A stretch of DNA of 63,282 nt, counting the filler, from Collodictyon triciliatum (taxonomy: Eukaryota): assembly GCA_043381765.1 (NCBI GenBank). It is 3 parts of 3 records of this genome, joined end to end, with 100 filler letters (N's around TTAATTAATTAA, not from the genome) between each part and the next. Parts side by side here need not be neighbours in the genome. Positions count along the whole stretch, not along the records: positions 28,247 to 56,328 come from JBHJMP010000984.1; 2 more parts are not named here. One strand, given 5' to 3'. Under the pieces are notes generated by a model, which saw nothing but the letters and a program-made list of their open reading frames with translations, ran no database searches and had not been told where the DNA came from. Position numbers and translations under genes: made by a program. Positions within the stretch are counted from its first letter, which is position 1. Each line of letters starts with the position of its first letter. Below, in pieces: positions 43,167-54,266 of the stretch.

Positions 43167-43873
43167 ATGGACTCTGCTTCGCCGAACGCGCTTTCCGCCC
43201 GACCGATCCGCAAACGCAGCCAGCGGCAAACAACGCCAACCACGCGGCTGCCGGCATGGACACAACCGCCAAAGAAGCATCTGAGCGAGGTTCTTGCGCT
43301 TCGTCTTGGACTCTTGTCGCTGAATCATTCCGAGGCCTCCGCAGCAAAGGCAGAAAGTGGAGACTCTGCAGACGCGGATGACGAGGCCAACGACAATCTA
43401 CAAACCTCGCAGCGTTTTGCCGAGGCAGAGCCAACTCAGACTGGCGGATTGGCTGACCCGAGTCCGCACGAAGTGTTTGATCGTGTCCCGATTTACCGAA
43501 CAGCCAGCAGCCGCTATCATGCCAAAAGGTTTTTGCGCCCGCATTATGCTGATTCGCAGTCGCATTCGTGTCGGTGGCTGGTGCCGTACAAGTCAGTTCA
43601 GAGTTTTGTCAAGGAGGTTTATTGGGATGAAGAGGAGAAATGGGCTGAAGCTGAAAAATGGGTTTGATTCCATTGGTGGACAATTCGTCATCTTTTATTC
43701 TTTCACTTTATCTTATTTTTACTTCATCTTTATCTTAGGATGATGTCCTCAAAGGTGGCACTGGGCGTGGTTTCGATATTACTGGGTTGAAGCCAAGTGG
43801 GAAAATATGGGTATTGGACGAGGAGGATAATATTGAAATGGAGAAGGAAAAGGCTAATCAAGAAGAAGAGTAG
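43167..43873 (+). CDS. Hypothetical protein, 2 exons
   Basis: 166-aa ORF with donor GTTTGA after ...AEAEKW, acceptor CTTAG at 43738, in-frame DDVLKGG...KANQEEE* (TAG 43871-43873). Confidence 0.55.
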
Positions 43874-43908
43874 AGCAAACCAAGAGACAAATCAGATGGC
43901 AATTCATT

Positions 43909-44040
43909 GTTTCTTTGTTTCTTTCTTTCTTTGTTTCTTTGTTTCTTTGTTTCTTTGTGTCTTTGTTTCTTTGTTTCTTTGTTTCTTTGTTTCTTTGTTT
44001 CTTTGTTTCTTTGTTTCTTTGTTTCTTTGTTTCTTTGTTT
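43909..44040. repeat. (TTTCTTTG)n octamer repeat
   Basis: About 16 units downstream of the hypothetical gene. Confidence 0.9.
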
Positions 44041-44967
44041 CCTTGTTTCCTTTTATATATGTGCTGTATTCTGCTGTGGCCAAGAAAATAAATTATTTAA
44101 AGCAAAGTCACTGGCTATCTAACGACGCAAAAGGTTGACGTGTATGCGAGGAAACTCGATGTTTTGCCAGCAGACATAATGTTTTCGTTATATCTACCAG
44201 TACCAATTAATGTCGAGGTGAAAAAGAACCGTGATATCAACTCTTTGAATTCCAGACGGTGGCCTGATATATTGATTAAAATATAATTCACGTATTTAAG
44301 AGTTCAAAACTTGCTCCACCAACCTGCTTGGGATTGGTGCCATCTGAGAAGTTTGAGAAATCAAATGGCATGTTGAGGTCATATTGCATATGTTTTCGTC
44401 CTCCCTTCTTCGCGTGGTCGATTGGCTGCTGAACAAAAGTTATGAGAATGCCAAAAAAAAAAAAAAAGTGCGTGGCGCTAGAGCCCCACTTCATCATGGC
44501 CATGCCTGCTGTAGAGAACTTTGTTTGAATGTCACATGGAACACAACTTCTTCTTTTCCCACAGACAATTGTTTATATTTTGCTTTGTTGCATTCTTTTA
44601 TTGGAAAGACTAGAATGTGATTGTGAGATTTTATTATCGATGAGACATACGAGATGTGAGAGGAGAAAGGCCCCATGTTAGAGTTAGACATTATTTGACA
44701 CACAGAACAAAAGAAATCAAGAGTGCAATAGAAGAAAGGAGTATTTTGAAAAAGGAGGAGTATATAGAGGGCAACAGAAGTCTTAGAGAAGAAAGTTATG
44801 TTGGAGACCCTCATATGTTCGTTTGAAGGGAAGACGGGAGGATGAGGTGATGAAAGAGTAATTGTAAACGAAATTTTCTTGCAGCAGAGTTCGGATAGAA
44901 AGTAGCACACTTTCTTGGGGGAGGAAGCCCGAGGAAACGATGGCTCTATCTTGCAGAAAGAACCGTT

Positions 44968-46043
44968 TTACTCTTCATCCAGAATATACTCCACTTTATT
45001 CATGGCCTTGGCACGGATGCGGTAGTCCTCTTTTTCCTCCTTGGATACAGACTTCCAGAGCCTAGATTTAGTAAACAATATAAGAAAAGGAAGAAGAGTA
45101 AAGACAGCAATCTCATAATCTTAATCACTTATGTAACACTCACTGTCCCATTTGCACAGAGAGCTCATTAGTGGAAAGAAACATGTCTTTGTGAAGTATC
45201 CTTTTCCGTTGTTCGCGGTTGAAGAGCAAAAATGAATTCATTTTGGTTTTTTTGAGCACTTTTTTGGGCTGTTGCAATTGCCTGGGTATTGTTGATGAGC
45301 GAGACTGGGGAAATGTGAATGACCTTGCTCGGCTCTTTGGCGATGATTCCTGGGAATTTTATTATGTTATTGATTAATAAACCTAGAAAAATAGAGCATA
45401 CGAATTTCCCTCACAGCCAGCGTCGTTGGCATCATTTGCGGGTGAGATTTTGAAAATAATGAGGACAGCATACCTGGCTCTTCGCACAAGTTATTGACTC
45501 TGCGTCCAAAGACTTCACAGGGTGAATTTTTTGTACATGTGCGTTGGCATCTGGATGCGAATACTGCCTCGAATAATGATGGTGATAGAAGAAGCCATCT
45601 GATAAACAGGATTGTTGGGGGAGAAGTGGGCTGTAGTCTAGATTAGACACAGGCAAATCAACAGACGACGATGAGGGAGAACGGGGTAATATTTTTGAGT
45701 CCGTCGATTGGTGTGTGTTTGCCACACTCCTTAAAGCCTCTGGCATTTCTTCGAGAGAAGTTGGGCAAGGTGTTTGGTCGCACATGGACAGGTCAAGCCA
45801 GTGAGAGATGTCAGCCTCCTCTGCATCCTCCGATATAAGTGGCTCTAGCACTAGCTGTGGCTGGTGGACGACCTTGAATCGGTAGACAGAGATGGGCTCA
45901 GCAGGTGTGCGGGGGAGCTGCGGGATGCAGACCCAGTTTTCCTGTGTTGACAGTGTTGAAATGGACGAGTAGAACTCAAGAAATTTGTTTGCAACGTTTT
46001 CTTTCACTCCAGAATCGCCTTGGTTCGATGTGGTTTGGCTCAT
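44968..46043 (-). CDS. Single HMG-box protein (sequence-specific SOX/TCF/MATA-like), C-terminal box; 3' end may extend by alternative splicing
   Basis: Exons ~46043-45474, ~45351-45145, ~45061-44968 give KKTKMNSFLLFNREQRKRILHKDMFLSTNELSVQMGQ|LWKSVSKEEKEDYRIRAKAMNK. Confidence 0.8.
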
Positions 46044-46956
46044 GATGGTATTCTTTGAGTTCTTAGCGGTCGATGATACTGATCTATATGTGAGTATGCT
46101 TAAGTCATTTTCTTTTCTCTTTTTCCATTTTCAAAAAAAAAAGTGTATTGTTGGGCAGTGTGGATGCAGAGAAGAGAGGGAGAGAGGCGAAGAACGGTAT
46201 GGTCCACGGGGTTGTCTATAGATTTACAGAGAACGTAACGGTATTTTCATAGCCATCCTTTTGGTTTAGTGATCAGTTTCGGTAGGAAAAAAGACTCATG
46301 AGAACGCTGGCCATCCACCTTTTTTTTTTCAGATTTTTTTTAATGTTATGAGGTGATCAGGCGAATAGCTGGGGTGGGGAGAGTTAGGCAGCATAGATGT
46401 GGGCGTGTGAGCGAGTCCTTTTTATACGCAGCAAGTGTAACCGCTGTTCCAATTAGTCTATCTGTCACCCAAGCATCATCGTTATCCAACATATTCCTTT
46501 CCTTCTGATTTCTGCTTTCTAGTGGGGATATTTTTAGAGCGCCCTTAATTTGCCTTTTTTGTCAGACAATCCAACAGACCATCACCACCAGAGAACACCA
46601 ACTAAGGGATGTACTTGTTTATTTTTAGAACTTCGAATGTTGATTTGAATACTGTGCGAATTCTGGTGGAAAATCACAATCCTTATGCGGTAAGATTATT
46701 TTTAGCCAACCACTTTGTTGGTATTTATTTCGCCATATATGCGACCCAAGTTTATAAATAACTTTATCCCTTGCCCATCCTTTCCCATAATTTACCACTT
46801 TAGGAACATATGAGTCGCCTTCTGCCAAAAATAGATTTTGTCTGTGGAGGTGTCAATAGGGCTGGTGTACCCCTTTGTTGTTATCTTCAAACGCTTCCAC
46901 TAAAAATAAAACCAATTTCTGTTAAGATAGGACGCGATTGTGCTATCTGTGAGCAG

Positions 46957-47480
46957 NNNNNNNNNNNNNNNNNNNNNNNNNNNNNNNNNNNNNNNNNNNN
47001 NNNNNNNNNNNNNNNNNNNNNNNNNNNNNNNNNNNNNNNNNNNNNNNNNNNNNNNNNNNNNNNNNNNNNNNNNNNNNNNNNNNNNNNNNNNNNNNNNNNN
47101 NNNNNNNNNNNNNNNNNNNNNNNNNNNNNNNNNNNNNNNNNNNNNNNNNNNNNNNNNNNNNNNNNNNNNNNNNNNNNNNNNNNNNNNNNNNNNNNNNNNN
47201 NNNNNNNNNNNNNNNNNNNNNNNNNNNNNNNNNNNNNNNNNNNNNNNNNNNNNNNNNNNNNNNNNNNNNNNNNNNNNNNNNNNNNNNNNNNNNNNNNNNN
47301 NNNNNNNNNNNNNNNNNNNNNNNNNNNNNNNNNNNNNNNNNNNNNNNNNNNNNNNNNNNNNNNNNNNNNNNNNNNNNNNNNNNNNNNNNNNNNNNNNNNN
47401 NNNNNNNNNNNNNNNNNNNNNNNNNNNNNNNNNNNNNNNNNNNNNNNNNNNNNNNNNNNNNNNNNNNNNNNNNNNNNNNN
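46957..47480. other. Assembly gap (524 N)
   Basis: Run of N. Confidence 1.
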
Positions 47481-48370
47481 GAAGTGGCGACACGCAACTA
47501 TATCCAAGAATGGACACATCGTCGCAATCGCCCACAAAATCTATTCCAATTCAGCATCAATGTTCTAAATAAGGAGCTTTCTGGAATTACCCGGAACACC
47601 CCTATTTCCTTGTTTCATTCGATAGTCCATATTTAGTCAAGTCTTTATGCGGCTAATTTGTTGAAGGATTACCGAATACAGTGATGGGTGCCACCCGAAA
47701 CGTTCGTACAAATGCGGTTTTAGTATCAATGAAACTTGCCAAAAAGTTGCAATTGCCCATTCATTTGTGGAATTTACAGTAATTTTGAATTTTCGACCAC
47801 ACTGCAGGCCAGGGCGCACTAACGTTGGAGTAGAGTGTATGAAGGAGAGCAAACGCCAGTAGGAGACACTATTGGTGCCAGAGAGCAACTAGGTAAGGAA
47901 TAATATGTTCGGTACAAGGGGTGGAACGTCATGGAGCAGTACTGGAATTGAACAGCTGATAACCAGGCACCCAGAGCGCTGAACGTAATGCTGGTGCTTC
48001 GGTATTATAAATGTTATTATAGCCCAAAAAGAGAGAGAGAAAAGAGAACAAAAAAACGATTTTTTTTTTATTATTGTTATATTTTGGAAATTGAGGATGT
48101 AACAGCACAGAATAAAGAAATGACACTATGACAGATTTGATATAGGTGCCGATGTACAACTCTGAGGGTTAGTCTGGGAAGCTTGAATGCCGGATGTGGT
48201 ACGGCTTGAAAATACGGGCTCCATATTTCCATCCCAATATGTCAAATTAAGTTGCACTGTGCAGAGTATGAAAGCAGGAAGAGGAATGGAAGGAGAATCA
48301 AGAGCTAAAAAAAAAAAAAAGAACGAGTAACTCTGGGGTGGTGTGATGTGGAGTGCAACAAATGAATAAG

Positions 48371-51300
48371 CTAGGCAACTCTCAGTATGACTATACTGCT
48401 CTCCCTAGACTGGGGTGAGTTAGAGGGTGCCTCTCGTAGGAATTCGTCGGCAATGAAGTCGACAACAGCGTCAGCAGCCGATTGGGACTGAGCGGAGAGC
48501 CGATGAGCTCGGGGAGGATCGATGGCAGCAGAGCGAAGCCTAAATGAAGGGGATGCAGCATTGGACGAGACCGACGAGGAGCGTGAGCGATGGGGCACAT
48601 AGACTGCAGGTTGCGTCCCTTGCAACAAAGACACCGGGACGGCGTCCAAGAGGGCGGGATTGACTGCAGGATTTGGCTTTGCTTCTGTGGGATTTGGCTT
48701 TGCCTCTGTAAGATTTGGCTTCGCCTCTGTAAGATTTGGCTTGGCTTCCGATGTTTGGGCAACAATCAAGGGGCGGAAGGACTCCATAAAGTTTGCGACG
48801 GCAGACACGGTTTCGAGCGAGACGTCTGGGTATCCATACTGGATGGCATCGAGTAGATGCCCAACTGCAGCATCAAAAAGATCATCGGTGAGGTTAAGAT
48901 GGTGATGGTGCTTCTGAAGATCCACAGACGGCTTGCGGGCACGGCCACCCATGCCGATGATGAGGAAAGCCTTGAGGAAGTGGACCATGCGATTCATGTT
49001 GTAGTCGAGGAAGAACATCTTTTGGTAGATTAGTGAATGAGTAAATTAGGAAAGGAGTAAAGGAGTATAGGAGTAAATTGGCGAATTAGCAAGTAAACCA
49101 AAACGGCATCGCACCTTGAGTAACGGGTCCTTCAGAGCGCGGTAGAAGAAATCATCGATAATCAAGGAAAAGACCGCCTCTCCACCGAGCTGGTTGATGA
49201 GCGCCGAGTTGTGGACCGGAAGCTGGGGTGCCAACAGACCGAGAGCCGCAAGCTCCCTGTGTGCAGCCGAGACCGAGTCCTGCGCCGTCACCGGTGGCGA
49301 GATGTAAGTGTGGCTGTGTGTCGGTGCAGAGTGTGCAACGAGACGCAGCATCTGCTCCCTGGTCAGGCCGTTGAAGCGGAAGCCGATGCGGGCTACGGAG
49401 TCGAGCCCAGGCAGGGCCGGTGTGTAGCACGGGTTGCTGCGCAGGGCGGCAAGGAGGAGGGCGACGCCGCGGGGGCCGATGGCATTCCACTCGAGATGCA
49501 GCTGCAGGGCAGAGGGCGGGAGTCTGGGGAGGACGCGGGCAAGGACGCGGGCAACGCGGGGGCCGAGGCGATTGCCGCGCAGGCTGATGTCGCGCAGGCG
49601 GTGCCAGTGCAGGCGGCGCAGGACACGAGCGAGGGTGGGGCCGCAATCGGGGGCGAGTCCGCAGAAGTCCATGGCCAGCGAGGCAAGCTGCGTGCCGGGG
49701 CCGGACCCTGCGCGGCCGACAACGCCCTGCATCAGCTGGTGGAACCCGGCCGAGCCCAGCCCCGCGTTCTGACTCAGGCGCAGGTGGCGCAGCGTCGGGT
49801 GGGAGCGGAGGAGCGCGCTGAGCCACAGGGCGCTGCTGGGGCCGAGCGCGTTGTTGGCCAGATCCAGCCGCAGCAGTGGGACGCGGCCGCCCAGCAGCGC
49901 GCAGCACAGGCCCCGCACGGCCGCAGAGTCCAGCGCGTTGCCCGACAAGTCTAGTGCCACGACGCGGGCGTATGCGCCGGCCCCGCACTGCAGCCGCGGC
50001 CACACGCAGTGCGTCAGCGCCACCCACGCACCGCCCGTGCCCCCGGCGGCATCCACGTCTGCGCGGCACACAATTGCCTGCCCGCATCTGCCGCCATCGC
50101 CATCCGCTGCCATTGCTGCGTTCGAGAACCCTTTGGATGCCCGCACAAGATCCAGGGCCAGTCGCCCGCCTTCATCGCCCGCCGCGGGCCTCCATGCCTG
50201 CCGCCGCCCGGCGTCTGCCCCGTGTGCGCGGCGGGCTGCGGTGCCGTGGAACCCGTCTGCCGGCGGCCCCACAAACGCCCGCCACTTGGCCCGCAGCGCC
50301 CACCACACAAAGGCGTAGTACCCAGCCGCAAAGGCGCACAGCGTCAGCCACACAATCGTCCAGAAGCTCAGCCGCCGCCCCGTCAGCGCCACAATCTGCG
50401 CCACGCTGGTGGAGAAGACAATCGCGGTCTGCAGCCCGTGCGCGCGGATGTTCTCGTACGAGATGCGTCCGTTCACCGCTGCCGTGCATGCGAGGACGCT
50501 GCACAGAAACAGCGATGCCGGCACCTGTGCATCCGCGTTCTCATCTCCAGTCGCACTCGCATCGCCCCCATCCAGCGGGGTCTCCTGTGTCCCAAAGATG
50601 GAGATCAGGCAGAACGATATCTTTGTGGCGAGCAGGGTCAGGAAAAACACCGAGTTGCGTTCGTAGAAGAAGGAGGTCGGGTTCGACTTTGCTTGCTCCA
50701 GTCGTGAGTGCACTTGCCTCCGCTTGATGTAAAACGAAAGAAGAAACACCCCCGCGCAGAACATTGCGGCGGCACACAGCACCAGGTGTCTGGACGACCA
50801 ACAGGTGATGCTTGGGTCAATCGCGTGCACAAAGTGCGCCGGCCTCTCTGTATCCTTCATGTTCTCCCCAGCAACACTCCACAGTCCTTCTTCCAGTTTC
50901 AGGCTTTGAATCCATCCACCAGGCTCCGTCAAATCCTCATCACGTCCTCGCAGTATCAACCCTTCCGCATCTCCAACAGCTTCCAAGGTGTCTGCAGACT
51001 CGCCCGCCAGATATCTTCTGTACTCAGTTTCGCTTCGATATCCAGTCCTTGAGCCCGTAGAGTTGCATAGAAACACGGAAAATAGAATCGAAAACACTGG
51101 CATGGCCATCCCTACCATGACGAAAAACCAAATCGACCTCCCATACGCACAGGCCTTGAGCCCAAAGACCGCCACCAAATCCTGAGTCCTTGCAAGGGAC
51201 ATCCCTGCACCAGTGGTTATAAACCCAATCACCAGTGCTATCACCATTGTGTAGGAAGACTCGAGAAATCGAGGTGGATACGGGCTGTACTTTTGCATCC

Positions 51301-52879
51301 ACCGAATGACCCCAGGTACATCTCGTACCCCTACCAGCCCGGTTCCAAATGGTGCCCAGTAGAGTTGCATCGCTCCAATCCACAAGGCAAAGAATTGCCA
51401 CGCGAAATATGCTTGTTGCGTCGCTGACCATCTCTGAATCTCTTCCTCAGGGGGTCCAGCAAGTGCTGCTGCTCGCTGCATCAGCGTTAGTAAGGTTCTG
51501 CGATTGCGCTTTGTGTCTGCATACGCATCTTTCACTTCAGGCTCTCTTGCATCAGCTTTGTCAATATCGCCTTTCTTATTCTCTCCGTAACCTGGCCGTG
51601 CTTCCTTGGCATTCGAACTCGATACTTTTGTTTCGGTAATTGAACTGCTGGTATGCACTTGTGTATGTCCTGTCACGATCGCATGGTTCACTTTCTCGTT
51701 CATTGGCTTTGGAATACTGTGTGTTGACTGAAATAACTGGATGGGTGATAGCCTCGCCTCTTGCTTGGCAGAACTCCCTCCTCTGAACTCAGTGCTGCAA
51801 GGTGGCTTTTCTTTTAAATGCTCATTATTCATCTTTCTCATGATGTCATCCACAGCCTTTTCAAGCTCTGCAATATCATCCGAATCTACTCCTGGTCTTG
51901 GCTCCTCATCCACAGACGGCTTCTTTCGTTCCTTCTGGTTTTCTCGTATCACAATGTCCTCCCTGTTGGAAAATACGTCTTTTTTGTTTTCTCTATCTTT
52001 TTCTCTGTACCTGTCCTTTGTTTTGATCCCATGATCGTTGGGTGGAATGTCTATCTTTACCGAAAGCGCGTCTTGACTTTTCCATGCTTGCTGCTGACTC
52101 GAGGTACCTGGGCTTCTTTGATTGTAGTTATGGTTGTGTCGTTGCTTGTAAGAATCTTGCGAATTGTGTTTGAGACCTCTCTTGTGGAAGCGATTCAAGT
52201 GTGGCTTCAGATGGTCCATCTCCAGTTGGCTTTCATCAAAGTCTTCCCCGACAAACCGTTCATGCAATCCTTCTCCCTCCATCCTCTCCGGAAGCAAGAC
52301 TGTCACGACTCCCACGTCCGGGCTGTTGATTTCAGAGTCCAGATCCAGATCCAAGTCCATGTCAAAGTCGACGTCAGCGTCGGGGTCTGTCCGTGGATGA
52401 TTCTTGCTGGACACAACAGAAGACGACGCAGCCGATTCAGACCGGGGCGAGTCCGTCCCATGAAGTCTCTGTCTCGGGTGATTATCAGTAAAGTCCAACG
52501 CCATCTCTAGCCTCATTTGACTCTCCGCTATATCCTCATCGCCAAGCTCAGAAGGCAGAGTGACTTTTGTGCCTCGCAGGCTACGGATAGCATTCAGGAG
52601 ACGCTGCTGAAGGCGGACCGGAAGACACTCGAGGAGAACGATGATGGGGATGGGCAAAGGCTCGCGCTGGGTCTGTTGCCGAATGAGGTCCTCCCAGTGT
52701 CCGGCCTTCACCCAGGGTATTGGAATTCCCTCCTCGCCTTCTTCCTCATGCCTTGGAATCATCGGTTGCTGGGCGTGGGACGAATCAGAGGACGGAGGAG
52801 AGTCGGGTGCCTGCTGTGCCTGCATCTGGTGTCTTGTGACTCGACAGTTCTGCTCCAACGCGGGTCCTCTATGAAGCAT
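48371..52879 (-). CDS. Multi-pass membrane protein + RI-like leucine-rich repeats + C-terminal group I truncated (2/2) haemoglobin
   Basis: Exon 52879-49115 (charged disordered N-term; TM helices ~51410-50290; ~7 LxxLxLxxNxLG repeats ~49965-49340). A phase-0 GT-AG intron 49114-49019 joins it to exon 49018-48371. The junction reads LINQLGGEAVFSLIIDDFFYRALKDPLLK|MFFLDYNMNRMVHFLKAFLIIGMGG...DLQKHHHHLNLTDDLFDAAVGHLLDAI, the TrHb1 pattern. Upstream exons possible. Confidence 0.85.
48670..48750 (-). repeat. 21-bp coding tandem repeat (EAKPN[L/P]T x3-4)
   Basis: SEAKPNLTEAKPNLTEAKPNPTEAKPNPA immediately after the globin domain. Confidence 0.9.
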
Positions 52880-52914
52880 TTGGTTATGGTACCAGTGGCG
52901 GTGTAAGAGGGGGT

Positions 52915-52973
52915 TGTTTGTTTTGTTTTGTTTTGTTTATTTTGTTTTGTTTTGTTTTGTTTATTTTGTTTTG

Positions 52974-53004
<31 letters not shown>

Positions 53005-53068
53005 TGTTTTTGTTTTTGTTTTTGTTTTTGTTTTTGTTTTTGTTTTTGTTTTTGTTTGTTTTTGTTTG
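52915..53068. repeat. (TTTTG)n/(TTTTTG)n microsatellite
   Basis: Penta/hexamer T-rich repeat upstream of the globin-fusion ORF. Confidence 0.95.
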
Positions 53069-54266
53069 GGTTCAAGTGCGCATGCGAGAAGACTGCAAGA
53101 GGAGAGACAAAGAGGAAAAGAAACGTAGATGAAAGAGGATGAACTATTCTTGCATCTTTTCGGGTCCATGGTGTAACTCTGTGGATACCGAGGTCTTTGT
53201 AACCATCAATAGACTGTCCAGTCTCCAACACCTTGTCGGCTGCCGCTATACAATCGTGAGACTCATGTGGCTTTCACATAAAATCAAAGAGGCCCAAGCT
53301 TGTTATCTTTGCACGATTATAGCATGCCGCTGAGCCATTGAAACAACCCCGCGCAATGCAAAGACCGACCTCCAACTAACCATTTCGCTATGGAGAAAGC
53401 CATGTGCAGCCCGAAAGCAGAAAACTCTCTTTCCAGTAAACACCACCCACACGGTTTCTGCGTTGGTTTCCAGATTTCCGTAGGATTTCGGCTTGTTCGA
53501 TATGTTTTCCAGTGTCCTGATGCGGCAACTGCTCGACGGTGACCAGGTTTCCGCATCCGTGCGTATGTGCGTGGATTCGACACACGGAAATTCCATACAT
53601 GTACAGGACTATTTGTATTTCCGAAAATGGAAGGATGGCTGTAGGATGACGTAAGTAAGGAGATGCTTAATCAAGAAACCCAGTGCGAACTTACTTTGTT
53701 AGTGCTCTATACTGTTCTATATAATTTATTATTATTGTAGCAAATTTTAAAATTTTGCGATTACTGATACATATATATCTATTATTACTATATTTTCCAC
53801 AAATGAAACTCAACGCTTTCTTTCGCCCAAACCAAACAGCCAACGAGTCCGCAGGCGCTTCGCCGATACTGGTGCTTGTCCTTGCGTCTGCATCCCACAT
53901 ATAACGTAGTGGTTTGCTTTGGGCGCAAGTTTGCTATGTGAATAAATCAATTATTTTAAGTTCTTCTGGCCAGTCCTTTCCTTAACTTGTCTGCTCGAGT
54001 GTAGGTATGCAACAATATGCAATCATTTTCATTTACAACTGCAAATACTTTATTTGCGATGCACTTTTCTGTGGAGCTATGCAGTTCTTTTGAAAATGTT
54101 TGGTCGCCGTTTGTGTCTTTCGCTCGCATTAAGTTGGTCTCCCATTTGTCATACTTATACTAACGATCATTACTACAACCAAAGGAAAGAAAAAGAAGTG
54201 GTTTATTATGTATAAGAATAGAGTCTGGAAGAGAGAGAGCAAAGTGGCAGAAGAGTCTGATTCACC

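Noticed and set aside
46810-47572. ORFs spanning X runs
   Set aside because: Artefacts of the N gap.
49152-51052. Many overlapping long ORFs on both strands
   Set aside because: Shadow ORFs caused by high GC; only the 1277-aa frame has TM/LRR motifs.
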